A stretch of DNA of 64,000 bases from Camelus dromedarius (Eukaryota), in contig NC_087447.1 in NCBI RefSeq assembly GCF_036321535.1, positions 44,518,001 to 44,582,000 of the forward strand, written 5' to 3'. The notes below the pieces were generated by a model, which was given only the letters and a program-made list of their open reading frames with translations, was not told the origin of the DNA and searched no databases. The translations under genes were made by a program, and so were the position numbers. Positions within the stretch are counted from its first letter, which is position 1. Every line of letters starts with the position of its first letter. Shown in pieces: positions 1 through 11,900 of this stretch.

Positions 1-249
1 CAGCAGCACTGTGCGAGCTCTTCTGATGCCCTCACTTTGTGCAGCTGGCGGGGAGAGGAGCTTTCCAATTCTACTACAAACCCTTAACAGGCTGAATAAG
101 GGAACTAGAAAGGATGCAGATTAACAGGCAACCAGTGTTGGAGAGGTGTCAGGGCGAGGAGCCCCAAAGCAGGGACTTCAGGCGTCAGGCTGGGTGAGGG
201 GGTCCCAGACTCACAGAATAGAGTCCTCGACATTCATTGGCCCCCAGCC

Positions 250-1050
250 CAGCGGAACCGCCTCAGTACGGCGGGGTGGGAGGTGAAATGTCCGCGCTAC
301 CGCGATTGTCCTACGCTCGGTCTCCGCCCTTGGGCCTTTGTCATCTAGCGGGCTGATAGGCAGCGAAAAGAGGCGGGAAGCCTAAAGGAGGAGCGAACAT
401 GGCGTGGGAGGGGCGAGTCGCAGGGCTGTGACGTCACCCCTGGTGTGTGCGTAACGTGGGCGGAAGCGGAAGCGGCTCTGTTCGCCGCCTCTCCCACCGG
501 CCCGATGAGCTGCAGCGGCTCCGGCGCGGACCCCGAGGCGGCGCCGGCCTCCGTCGCCTCGGCCCCGGGCCCGGCGCCCGCGGTCTCAGCCCCCGCCGCG
601 CTGCCCGCCGGCACCGCTGCGGAGAACAAGGCCAGCCCCGCGGGGACAGCAGGGGGGCCTGGGACTGGAGCCGCGGCAGGGGGCACGGGACCCGTGGCGG
701 CGCGGGCCGGGGAGCCGGCCGAGCGGCGCGGGGCGGGTGAGCGCCGGGACGGGTGAGGGCGAGGGCAGCGCCTTGGGCTTGGCCCAGCGGCGTGTGAGGG
801 CAGAGGGTATAAGGCAGACCTAGCTGGGCCCCTGCGCCTCCCATCTCCGTGTCTCAGTTTGCTGGTTCTCCTCCAGCTCCGGTGTCGGCGGGCGGCGCGG
901 CGCCCCCGGAAGGTGCCATGTCTAACGGGGTTTACGTGCTGCCAAGCGCGGCCAACGGAGACGTGAAGCCGGTGGTATCCAGCACGCCTCTAGTGGACTT
1001 CCTGATGCAGCTGGAGGATTACACGCCTACGGTGGGCTTCCCGCCTGAAC
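250..1050. promoter_or_regulatory. CpG island / TAF10 promoter and exons 1-2
   Basis: Very GC- and CpG-rich. Contains the CRE palindrome TGACGTCA (429-436), tandem ETS/GABP-type CGGAAGCGGAAG (461-472) and YY1-like AACATGGCG (396-404), all just upstream of the ATG at 505. No TATA box is evident. Confidence 0.8.
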
Positions 1051-1818
1051 AAGGCTATTAGGCTTCTGTCACGCCAATTTCTGCCACTCCACCTGGATTT
1101 GCAGCCTCCTCTTCTTGTATTTACTCCCCTACTGGCTCTTATGATTTATGTCTTCTGCCCACCCGAACTGGGAGCTTCCTGATAGCCAGGCCTGTTCTCT
1201 GTTTCCCTTACCCTCCCACTCTCAGCCCAGCAGTGCACAGGGCTAACACTGACAGTCGTCTAATTGATTTCTCAGATCCCTGATGCAGTGACTGGTTACT
1301 ACCTGAACCGTGCTGGCTTTGAGGCCTCGGACCCACGCATGTGAGTAATCTCTGGGCAGGTTAGAGCCTTGGGTGCTTGTGTGGAATTTGTTGTCCCATC
1401 TCCTTCTCATACATTTTTTTTCTCTCTAGAATTCGGCTCATCTCCCTAGCTGCCCAGAAATTCATCTCAGATATTGCCAACGATGCCCTACAGCACTGCA
1501 AAATGAAGGGCACAGCCTCTGGCAGCTCCCGAAGCAAGAGCAAGGTGTGAGGGGTGGTTCACTGAATCAGTAATTACCTCCTACAGCAGCAGAGGCTTAA
1601 TTTATCCTGAAACCCCTTTGAGGGAAACTTAAGCCCTAGGGGAGGTGAAAGACCTACTCAGGGCCACCCACCTGGGACTGGAATCTGGAATTTCTGTGTT
1701 CAGCTGGTACTCTTCCCTCTTCCCTCAGGACCGCAAGTACACTCTAACCATGGAGGACTTGACCCCTGCCCTCAGCGAGTATGGCATCAATGTGAAGAAG
1801 CCGCACTACTTCACCTGA
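505..1818 (+). CDS. TAF10: TATA-box binding protein associated factor 10 (TFIID/SAGA histone-fold subunit), complete
   Basis: Exons 505-736, 877-1031, 1276-1340, 1430-1544, 1729-1818, all GT-AG; 657 nt = 218 aa + stop. Translation [16 protein letters not shown]...[66 protein letters not shown]...[33 protein letters not shown] is recognisable TAF10. Confidence 0.98.
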
Positions 1819-1876
1819 GCCACCCAGCCTAAATGTACTTGTCTGTCCCTTTGTCCCCACACCAGCCTGTTTTCAT

Positions 1877-1882
1877 AATAAA
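1877..1882 (+). terminator. Poly(A) signal AATAAA of TAF10
   Basis: First AATAAA, 58 nt after the TAF10 stop codon. Confidence 0.85.
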
Positions 1883-1883
1883 C

Positions 1884-1889
1884 TTTATT
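1884..1889 (-). terminator. Poly(A) signal AATAAA of ILK
   Basis: TTTATT on the + strand, about 240 nt downstream of the ILK stop on the - strand. Confidence 0.85.
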
Positions 1890-2131
1890 GTGACAGGCAG
1901 GGCTGATCCCTCCCATGCTGGGAGACACCGTGTGGCAAGTGACAAAAGCTTTGAGCCCACTCCCTTTTGGGGCCACAGTGGTAGGGATGGGGACAGGGGT
2001 TGGGCCCCATGGCTGGGGTAGTACCATGACTGGAGGCAGGGGAGGCAACCAGAGGCCTGCTGCTCTGGGGAGGTGCACTCCCCGAACCGTGTCCTGACAC
2101 CTCTGGAGTTTAGGCAAAGGACTTTCCACCC

Positions 2132-5100
2132 CTACTTGTCCTGCATCTTCTCCAAGATAGGCACAATCATGTCAAACTTGGGCCGCTTAGCAGGGTCTTC
2201 ATTCATGCAGATCTTCATAAGCTTACATACGTGGGGGGAAATGCCTGGTGGGATGGTAGGCCGGAGGCCTTCCAGTGCCACCTGCAAACACAAGGAAATA
2301 CAAGGTGGGTCTCAGAACTTGAGTCTCCTGTGGGCAGAAGCCTCTAGGCCTCAGGACAGGATTCTGTATATTTGAACAAATGTGGGAAGATTTGGCTCCA
2401 GTACAGTTACCATCATTACCAGCACCATTCCCCCAACGTGAGTACACCCAGTTGTGCTCTTACCTTCATTCCAATTTCCATGTTGGAGAGGTCAGCAAAG
2501 GGTACCTCCCGTGTCACCAGTTCCCACAGAAGCACTGCAAAACTCCACATATCTGCTGAGCGTCTGTTTGTGTCTTCAGGCTTCTTTTGCAGAGCTGGAG
2601 GGACAGGACTTATCTGTTCAGTTGCCTGGCCTGTCTCTGCCCCCTTCCATTACTACTGAGCTGTCCCTTCTCTGCTCCCAACATAACGCCCTCACTCACC
2701 TTCAGGGGCCACCCAGGCAGGTGCATACATGCGCCCGGGGCACTGGAAGGAGAACTTGACGTCGGCCATACTGATTCGTGCAGTCATGTCTTCATCAATC
2801 TGAGGAAGAGAAGACAGTTGTGTCGAAAGAGGTAAGTCCTGTCCTAGATAGGGAAAGGGCTTCTGGGGACCTGGGCCAGGAGTGAAGTGATCTCACCATT
2901 ACACTACGACTGTTAAGTGCATGTCGTGGGATGAGGGGCTCTAGTGTGTGCAGGAAGGCCATGCCCCTTGCCATGTCCAGTGCAAACTTCACAGCCTGGC
3001 TCTGGTCCACAACAAAATCTAAGAGAGGCGGCAAGAATTAAATAATTTGGAGAGTCTCACACACCTCTTCTCCCCTTCCCTTACCACAGTGCAATCTGGC
3101 ATCCCCTACTCACTGGTGCCTTCGTGTAGCACGTTGTACAGGGATCCATATGGCATCCAGTGTGTGATGAGGGTGGGGTGAGGAGCGGGTGGAGACTGGC
3201 AGGCACCTAGCACTGGGAGCACGTTCGGGTGTGAGAAAATCCTGAAAGAGGGAGAGGGTAGTCCCGGCTGAGACCCAGCTTAAAAGATCTTCACCTGGGT
3301 GCTGGGCAGGGTTCTTTGGAACCAAGGCCTCCAGTTTAGGCCTTGCCCCACCTGAGCCGGGGACACTCCTCATTGAAGTCCCTGCTCTTCCTTGTACTCC
3401 AGTCTCGAACCTTCAGCATCTTCACGACGATGTCATTGCCCTGCCAGCGGCCCTTCCATAGCTGAGGGACAGGTAAGGGTTAAGAGGCTTTAACTAAGGC
3501 CATTGCTTTCTTGCCCACTGACTGGAGGAGAAACTTAAAACAGGTGCTGAGCAGGTTATATGTGGGGGTGGAAGGGTGGGGGGACAAAAAGGCAGGGGTC
3601 ACCTCTCCAGAGTGATTCTCGTTGAGCTTCGCCAGGAAGTTGAGCTGTTTGAAGTCAATGCCGGAGTGTTTGTTCAGAGTCCCATTTCCTAAGAGTGTGG
3701 GCAGGTCAGGTACCCAGCTTCCCTCTAACCCAGCCCCAGGAGCCCAGGATTATTCCCTGTTACCACCCCTCCCCTCACAACTGACTCACGGGGCCGAGTG
3801 CGGGTGGTCCCCTTCCAGAATGTATCCTTGTATGGAATACGGTTCAGATTCTGGCCCATCTTCTCTGCCCGCTCTAGGGAAACAAAGACAAACAGCCTTG
3901 GCCTCACCTGTGGTGTGGTGGTGGGAGGGGATAGGTGGGGACAAGATGAGAGGACACAAGCGGTGGGTGGGGACAGACCTCGGAGAAGCTCTCTCAGGGG
4001 TGCCTTGGCTTTGTCCACAGGCATCTCTCCATACTTGTTACAGATGCTGACAAGGGCCCCATTTGCCACCAGGTCCTGGAATTAAAAGGTGGTTGTGATG
4101 AGGACAGTCACAACCAGCCATTAACGCAGATGTAGTACAGACCCTGTGAGTGACATACACGGGGCAGGACTCACAGGATGGGTTGAGGGTTCCAGGATCT
4201 CCCATTCAAGATCAGACTTTGCTTCCCACCCATCCCAGGGCTCTAGGTCTGACTACTCACCTCTGCCACCTGATCTTGACCCCAGAAACAAGCATAGTGC
4301 AGGGGCACATTCCCATGCTCATTCACTGCGTTGATGTCAGCTTTGTACTGCAGCAGCTGGTCCCCGTGGCCAAAAAGAAAGAGGCAGAAGGCACAGTCAC
4401 TCCCAAATGAGAGATGTGTTGAGGCACACAAGGAGCGAGAAGAGTACACATACTTTCTATAATACATTATAGTGCCTGTGACTGACTTCCAGGAGTGTAT
4501 ATCAAGTAGGTGACAGGCAGAGGTTCATACATACCTTCTGTACAATATCACGGTGTCCGTGACTGGCTGCCAGGTGCAGGGGTGTGTCATCCCCACGGTT
4601 CATCACATTGATTCGTGCCCCCCGCATGATCAGCATCTCAACCACAGCAGAGCGTCCTTCTCGGCAGGCCCAGTGCAAGGGGGAGAAGCCATGATCGTCC
4701 CTTTGAGGAAGGGGCAATGGTCATTGATCTGGAGGTGGGATGGGGCAAAGGCTTTGATACAAGAAAAACTGATAGTCACTCTGCATACTCTCCCTGGGAA
4801 ACCTTACCTCTCTAGGACTTTGATTCTCATTCATGCCAGCAACTCCCAAAGCTGTCCAATTCAGACCTTCCCCCAAGCTTTAAACCCAGCCAACCACCAC
4901 CTGAAATCCCAGCAAATCTGTATGATTCATTGCCTGCATTACCATCTCCCACTAGCCTTTCTTCCCTAGCTTGCCTGTCTCATTAAAGGGTAGCATTTTT
5001 CATCTGGTTTCCTCTGCATCCCTTTTGCAACATCTGTTGGTCCTTTTGTTTTCTACTGCATCTTGTACCTCCCCCTATTAGTATTTGTCACACTGCATTA

Positions 5101-7897
5101 TAAAAATCTGTTAGTGAGCTGTCTTGTCTATGAGACTGTAAGCTTCTTGAAAGAAAGGACTGACAGGTGTTCAGTGCATGTTAATGGGAAGGAAGGGTAT
5201 CTTTGAGAAGGAAAGACAACTCATGGGAGAGGGAGCAAGCTTACTGATGGGTTCTGGTACTAAAATTAAGATCTAAAAAGGGAATGGAGTTAAAATGATA
5301 TTTTGGAAGAGTTTATAATGAAAAGGAGAAGTGCTGTTGGTGAGTCATTAGTGATGAGGCAGACACCACCACATAAGTCAGGATTCCTCTGCTCAAGCAA
5401 TCCTGGACACGGCAAACAGAAGAAAATGAGAATGGCTTCTTTAGGAAGAAAGCTGTACCTGACTCTCTTCTTTTCCCAAGAACTTGTATTTTACAAAGTA
5501 AAAGTGTACCAGAAAAAAAAAAAAATTGGCTGGGAGCTAGGCCTGCCTGACAGCCTGGGGCCATAAAAGGAAATTCCCTCCAGTTCTGGCTGCAGGTCCA
5601 AGAGGCGGGGCAGGAGGGCGGTCCACGGTCTGGGCCGGCAGCCTCCGGATGCCTTAGTGCTGCGGTCACTTCCCGTGTGGGGGCTCTAGGCGGGGCCTCG
5701 GGCTGCTCAGGGGTATGGCCACTACTAGCCACCCAGATGTTCCCACAGCCAGTGTGGGTGGTGGGCATGGCCTTTAACTTACTGACTTCCCGCCACAGCT
5801 GCCCTCTGCTCACTCAGATAGCCACAAGCTTTTCTGGAGGTGGGTATTCCCCTCCCTCTCCCTAAAGCAATTACCACCCCCTGCTTATCAGTCAGTTTTG
5901 CATCCCAGCTCTTTAATTTGTGCCCCAGTTTATCAGCCTCTGGCAGTCTGTAGCCCCAGAGCAGGCCAGAGCCTGAGGGCAAAAGTATGGGCACAAAGGT
6001 TCTGCTCACTGTCCAGCTGCTGGTCACCCCAGAGCCTGAATTTTAATCCCAAAAAGGCCAGGAGGAAATTCACCCCCACTTCATATCCAGCATTTAGCCA
6101 GTTGGGCCCCAAAAGCCTATCCCCTCAAACCAGCACTAGTTTCACTAATGCCACCCCTTCACCTTTTGGCAGCAGTCTCCTTAGATGTCAGGCTCACTGG
6201 ACAGTGTCACCTACGCCTTTATAACTCCACCAACAAAATAGTAACTGTGCTCACTGTCTATCACAGCACCCTTTGAAGAATTGTATGAAAAATGGAACAA
6301 GTGACTGTGAATTATGGAGAAATAGTGTAGAGCCTAATGGGAACCAGTGAAGCCTGGATGAAGATGACAGGTGATCCTTAACTAAACTCTCCCAACCTTA
6401 AAAAATAAAATTTTTAAATAAAAAAAATTAAAATCCACCATCCTGATCAACAACATCACCAGTGCTTTTCTTGCCTTCCTGTCTCAGCCCACCTTAAAGA
6501 ACGTGTCTACATTAGCTTTGTTTCCTCACCTCCCACTCAACCTGCCACAAGGCCACTGCCTTGAGGGCAAGCATTATGTCTGATCCTAGAACTCTTAGCA
6601 CCCAGCACAGATGTTCCATGTAGTCCTTTAAATGAAGGAACCAAGTGTAGTCTGGTTTCATAACCTGTTTTCCTCTGAACCAGCCCTCAGAGATCATTAG
6701 CTGTATCATTAATTGTAAATTCAGTGGTTACTTTTAAAGTGCTCAAGTTCTTTGACCTCTCAACCTTTACTACTACTGTTGTCCACTTCCCCTTTGTTGA
6801 AACAATCACTTATCTCTAAGCCTTACTGTCATATTTTCCTGTTTCTCCTTCAACCTCCAGTTGCTCCTTTTTGGTCTTGCAGGTTTCTCATGCCCTCTGT
6901 TTCATACCCATCTACATGCTAGTATCTCCCAAATCTGTGTCTCCAAGTCAGATCTCTCTCCTGAAATCCAAATCTGCATAATCAACAGCCTACTCAACAT
7001 TTCCACATTGCTGTACTGTCACTTTAACACGTCCCGAGTGGAACTCATCACCCTTCAGTCTTGTCCATCTCAGTGAAAGGAACCACCATCTACCCAAGTG
7101 CCCAAGCCAGAACCCTGGGCATCATCTTTGATCTTCCTCACTTCCCACACCAAGTCTCACCAATTCTTTATCCTAAAGATTTCAGGAATTTGATCACTTC
7201 TTTCTTTTTTTTTACCCACCCCCATTCTAGTCCATCACCACTTCTGGGATGGACTAGGCAATTGCCTCTCTTCACATGGCCACCTGCTCTTCACAAAGCA
7301 TCCAAGATGACACTTAACAAATGGACAATCTCATATCATTACATGGCTTTAAATTCTTGTTCTTAGAATACTTTATTAGAGCCTAAATATCCTTGCATGA
7401 CCTGGCTGACCCTTGCAGACCTTTCCAATCTTACATCCTGTCGTTCTCCACTTGTATCCAATGCTTTAGCCTACAGAAGCCCACAGAGATCTTCTATCCT
7501 CCAGCCATATGGAACTCAGGACAACTTCCGGGCACTCTCTGCTCTGTCTTGCCCCCTAGCTTTTGCCCATGGAGTTCACTGAGGCTAGAAAAGTTCTCTG
7601 CAGCCTCTGCCTGGGAATTCTTATTCAACAGTCAAGATTCAGCTCAAACAACAGCTTTCTGCGTGGAGACCCTTGGCCCCCGACAGGCTGTGTTTAGCAC
7701 TCATCACACTGGATAGGAAAATCAGCCGCCCGCACCCGACGTGAGCACCCCACATCGCGGAGACCATGTCTTTGCCGTTCCTCTCACCCACCAGCCACCT
7801 CAGCTCACCCCTGGTTGAGGTCGTTCTCCGTGTTGTCCAGCCACAGGCGGACGGCAACCGCGTTGCCCTCCCGGCACTGAGTGAAAATGTCGTCCAT
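2132..7897 (-). CDS. ILK: Integrin-linked kinase (ankyrin repeats + pseudokinase), complete
   Basis: Coding exons in transcript order: 7809-7897, 4535-4700, 4261-4356, 3979-4075, 3790-3873, 3603-3688, 3352-3461, 3114-3241, 2897-3018, 2700-2799, 2464-2594, 2132-2281; 1359 nt = 452 aa + TAG. Translation [61 protein letters not shown]...[29 protein letters not shown]...[11 protein letters not shown]. Confidence 0.98.
6700..7350 (+). mobile_element. LINE-2 fragment in ILK intron
   Basis: Resembles the L2 3' consensus (gatctctctcctgaaatccaaatctgcataatcaacagcctactcaacatttccac...caagccagaaccctgggcatcatctttga). Boundaries approximate. Confidence 0.6.
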
Positions 7898-8900
7898 AGC
7901 AGCGTCCCGGCGCTGAGTCCCCTAGATTGGGGACGCGTGGGGACTGTGGAAGGATCCAAGGAAAACCGGGTGAGCCCTAAGCTTTGTCCCCTACAGGAGA
8001 GAAGTGTTTGTGCTGAGGTGGGGTCTGGGCGCTGCGTCCCCGGCTACTGGAGTTCTGAAAGGAATTAGGGGGCCGCGGGATGATCCCAGACAGTGTACCC
8101 CGGACGCGAGGGAAAGGCGGGTCGGGCGAGGTAGGGGGTGATTAGGAGGTAGTATCTCCCTTAGCGAGGTCAAAGAGCAAGAACAGGGACCCTTCCCGCG
8201 AACGGAGCTGGGGGGAGGGGGGTTCAGGCGCCTTATACCCTGGGGGAGGCGATCGGAGGTCCTTCCCGGGGGTGGCCCTCGTTCTCCACTCGGAACGGAG
8301 TAGGCAGCGTAAGGGGTGGTGGCTTGGTGGGGCTCGAGCCTTGGGGAGGAGGCACGGGTGCTCCCGCACTCACCGGCACTCGGCTGGAGGAGCCTTCTCG
8401 GGGGAACTCGCGTCCGGCCGCGCCCGCCGCCCGGCCCCGCCCCTGGCCCTCTCCGGCCAGAGCGGGCCTCCTTCCCCCCGCCCTCCACTCCTCCCCGCCT
8501 CCCTGCCCTTCTAGCCCACCAGTGTCGAAACTCGATGGTTTTTGGCGCCGCGCCGGCTGCTCTAGCTCTTTAGCTTTCACTCTTTGGTTTCCGGCCCTCT
8601 TCTGGCGCCTCTGCCGGCTCTGACTCCGGGAGACTGCGCTCTGCACGTGGAGAGGTGCGCCGACCCCGCGACCTCGCCCTCGCCAGCCGCATGTTCGAGG
8701 AGCCCGAGTGGGCCGAGGAGGCCCCAGCAGTCACGGACCTCCGGCCTGTAGTGTCACGGCCTCGGCTCACGGCAGCCTCGCAAATCAAGGTGAGCGGCCC
8801 CGCAGGGGCCCTTGGAGCGGGCCCTGGTGGGTCCTAGGGCTGGGGCGCGCCGGGTGTGTATCAGGGGGAGCAGGGCGCCCGCGGACGGCTGAGACCCGGG
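7720..8900. promoter_or_regulatory. CpG island, bidirectional ILK/RRP8 promoter
   Basis: CpG-dense. The ILK exon-1 donor (8374) and the RRP8 ATG (8691) diverge only about 320 bp apart. GC box 8435-8443, E2F-like TTTGGCGC 8541-8548, ETS TTCCGG 8589-8594, E-box CACGTG 8644-8649. Confidence 0.85.
8374..8440 (-). other. ILK: ILK non-coding first exon (5' boundary approximate)
   Basis: Donor CCG|gtgagt at 8374/8373 on the - strand, and acceptor tcctgtag|GGGAC at 7991/7990 upstream of the ILK ATG. Lies inside the CpG island. Confidence 0.6.
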
Positions 8901-11900
8901 AACGTCCAAAAAGAAAAACAAACAAACAAACAAAAAACCCGACCTTGGAACTCAGAACTGGTGAGTAGAAGTGAGTCAAGAAAAGGTTTCTTGGATAGGA
9001 AAAGCACGTCCAGCTAGGGTCACACATACGAAATAACCCGCGTGGTTGGAACACACACAGAGAGAGAAGTTGGAGCGGTAGAAGTTTTGTATATATTAAG
9101 GATAGAGAGTGTTTCAGCAGGGGAATAATTTCTTTACCTTTGCATTTTGAAAAGGTCACTGATGGCTGTGTGGAGATTGGAGCGAGTTAGAGTGAATGAG
9201 AATAAAGGGTTATCAGTACTACCTTTCAAAGGGGGGTGGTGCTCAGTGGGTACTGAGAACGTCCAAGGTAAGTGCCTGGCTCTGGACCGTTCAGTAGGAC
9301 TTCAGCCCAGGATGGCTTCCCAGGCTGTAGACCTTCTCTCCTTTAAAACCTCTGCGGATGTGAGGGCTGCTCCACTTGCCCAGGCTCTTCTGCTCTTCAG
9401 TCAGCCTCCAGCGTGGAATCTGCCTGCTTTATATCCCCTCCTCTTCAGCCACTCAACCCGTTCTATAATCCCCTGGCCTCTGTCTACAGCTTATGCCTTT
9501 CAGTTTGTTCTTTGCACTACAGCTTAAGACATCTTTTATTTTTATTTTTTTGAAATATAGTTGATGTACAATATTATGTAAGTTGCAAGTATACAACATA
9601 GAGATTCAAAATTTTTTAAAGGTTATATTCCATTTATAGTTACTACAAAATAGTAGTAATTGTATATTTGGTTATATTCGCTGTGTTCTATAATTCATCC
9701 TTAAAGCTTATTTATTTTGTACATAATAGTTTGTACCTTTTAATCCCCTGCCCTTGTCTGGCCCCCCTCCCCCCTTCCCTCTCCCCACTAGTAACCACTA
9801 ACTTGTTCTTACTATCTGTGAGTCTGTTTCTTTTTGGTTGTATTTGTTAGTTTGTTTTGTTAGAGGCATCTTTAAAACACACATCTGTGATCCTGTCTCT
9901 CTTGTTTTCAGAAAACTCCTTATTTTAATAGAAAGGTATCAGCTGGAGGCAAAAGCCTGAGATTGAGGCTTGAACCTCCTGGTTGCTGGCCTTGGTCCTG
10001 TTGCTGTGGCCTTACCACGTTTCTCTGGGGAACCCCATTACCTTGTCTGCATAGTGAAGAAAGTAGGGTGGGTGATTTCTCTGCCCTGCAGCCTCCCAAA
10101 GGTTGGGATAGCAACTTGAAAGTTATTCACGGTCTGGCAGGCTTCGGGACAAGCTAGCTGACTGAGAATAATCCAGATGCCTCCAATCAGTGTTTGAATC
10201 AGGTCCCCATCTCTCCCTTGCGATTCTTCAGGGTGCATCCATTCTCCTCACCCCTGCTCTCATCCTGTGTTTCCCTCCAGGGCTCCAAGCGCCGCAAGCT
10301 CTTGGCCACATTACAGGCCCTGGAGGCAGCATCTCTTCCCCAGCAGCCCCCTAGCCTGCCTGGCAGTGACTCTGAGGAGGAGGAGGTGGTAGAAAGGAAG
10401 AAGAAACGCCCAAAAAAGGCCTTGTTTGCCAGTGCTTCTACTGAAGTAGAGGAGAAAAGGAAGACCAAACGTCAAAAACAGGGCCCCCCTAGCAGTGACT
10501 CTGAGGAAGAGGAGGTGGAAAGGAAGAAGTGCCACAGAGGGGCTCCTCTTGGCAATGACTCTGCTGAAGAAGAGAAGAGAAAGAGGAAACGCTGGAAACA
10601 GGCCCCCTCAAATCCTGCCCAACACCTGGACAGTGTTGACCAAACAGGTATTAGTGGATGTGTATGTGAATGTGGGATGGGGAGGGGGATCTGCTGATCC
10701 TATGCATGACAGGTTATCTGACCCCGTTAGGTTTAGGGTTAGGGACTAAGTACTTTGATCCAGGCCACAGTCTCTGTCTCAAGGACAGGGGTGCAGCCAG
10801 GATGACTTGCTCAGTCTCTGAATTAAGAGGGTCTTGCCCTAAATATGCCTTCCCATCCCCCTCCCTGCAGGTCTCAAAGCCTGGAATTCTAGTGCGACAA
10901 GTGACTCCGCCAAGCCAAGCCCTGAGACCCCTTCCCCTCAACCTCCCCGGACCTTGAGTCGCAAGCAGTGGCGGAACCGGCAGAAGAACAAGCGCAGGCA
11001 GAAGAACAAGTTCCGGCCACCCCAGCCACCAGAGCAGGCCCCGGCCCCGGCCACAGGCCCCACTGCGCAGACCGAGGTGCCTCCTGTCCTCAGTCCGGAT
11101 AGCCACGGAGCCCGGGCGGAGGCTCTGCGAGCCCGCATGGCCCAGCGCCTGGACGGCGCCCGCTTCCGCTACCTCAATGAACAGCTGTACTCAGGGCCCA
11201 GCAGTGCTGCGCAGCGCCTCTTCCAGGAAGACCCTGAGGCTTTTCTCCTCTACCATCGTGGCTTCCAGAGCCAAGTCAAGAAGTGGCCACTGCAGCCTGT
11301 GGACCGCATCGCCAGGGATCTTCGCCAGCGGTGAGTAGGGGTGGCGCACGGTGAGAAGCAAAGTAGATCAGTCCTGGGCTCAGACCAGACCAATGAACGA
11401 TCCTCCCATCCACTCCCAGGCCTGCATCCCTGGTAGTGGCTGACTTTGGCTGTGGGGACTGCCGCCTGGCTTCGAGTATCCGGAACCCTGTGCATTGCTT
11501 TGACTTGGCCTCTTTGGACCCCAGGGTCACTGTGTGTGACATGGCCCAGGTAAACCCCTCTCTCCTTCCATGTATCTGGCCTGTGATCTAGGCCCAAACT
11601 CCACATGCTAATCTCTAACACGCCCGGCCTGCCCCCCATCCTTGTGTCCACTCCTAGCATGCGGTGCTTGCTTTCTCCTCCCTGTATTGCTTGCTTTACA
11701 CAACATTCCCACTCTCCACAGGTGCCTCTGGAGGATGAGTCTGTAGATGTGGCTGTGTTCTGCCTCTCACTGATGGGAACCAACATCAGAGACTTCCTAG
11801 AGGAGGCAAATCGAGTGTTGAAGCCAGGGTAGGAGCCCGTAGGACACAGATGCATGTATATGTGTATACATATGTGTGCTATGTATTTACCTAGAACTTT

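Noticed and set aside
1..250. Possible 3' flank of the upstream neighbour gene (TPP1 by recalled human synteny)
   Set aside because: No exon or poly(A) signal attributable to it is visible in the window.
2700..3018. ILK lacks the HRD and DFG motifs (RHALN, DVK)
   Set aside because: This is the well-established pseudokinase state of ILK, not a lesion specific to this genome.
11250..11855. 201-aa antisense ORF over RRP8, and many antisense/alternative-frame ORFs over TAF10 and DNHD1
   Set aside because: Shadow ORFs expected in GC-rich coding DNA, with no independent evidence.
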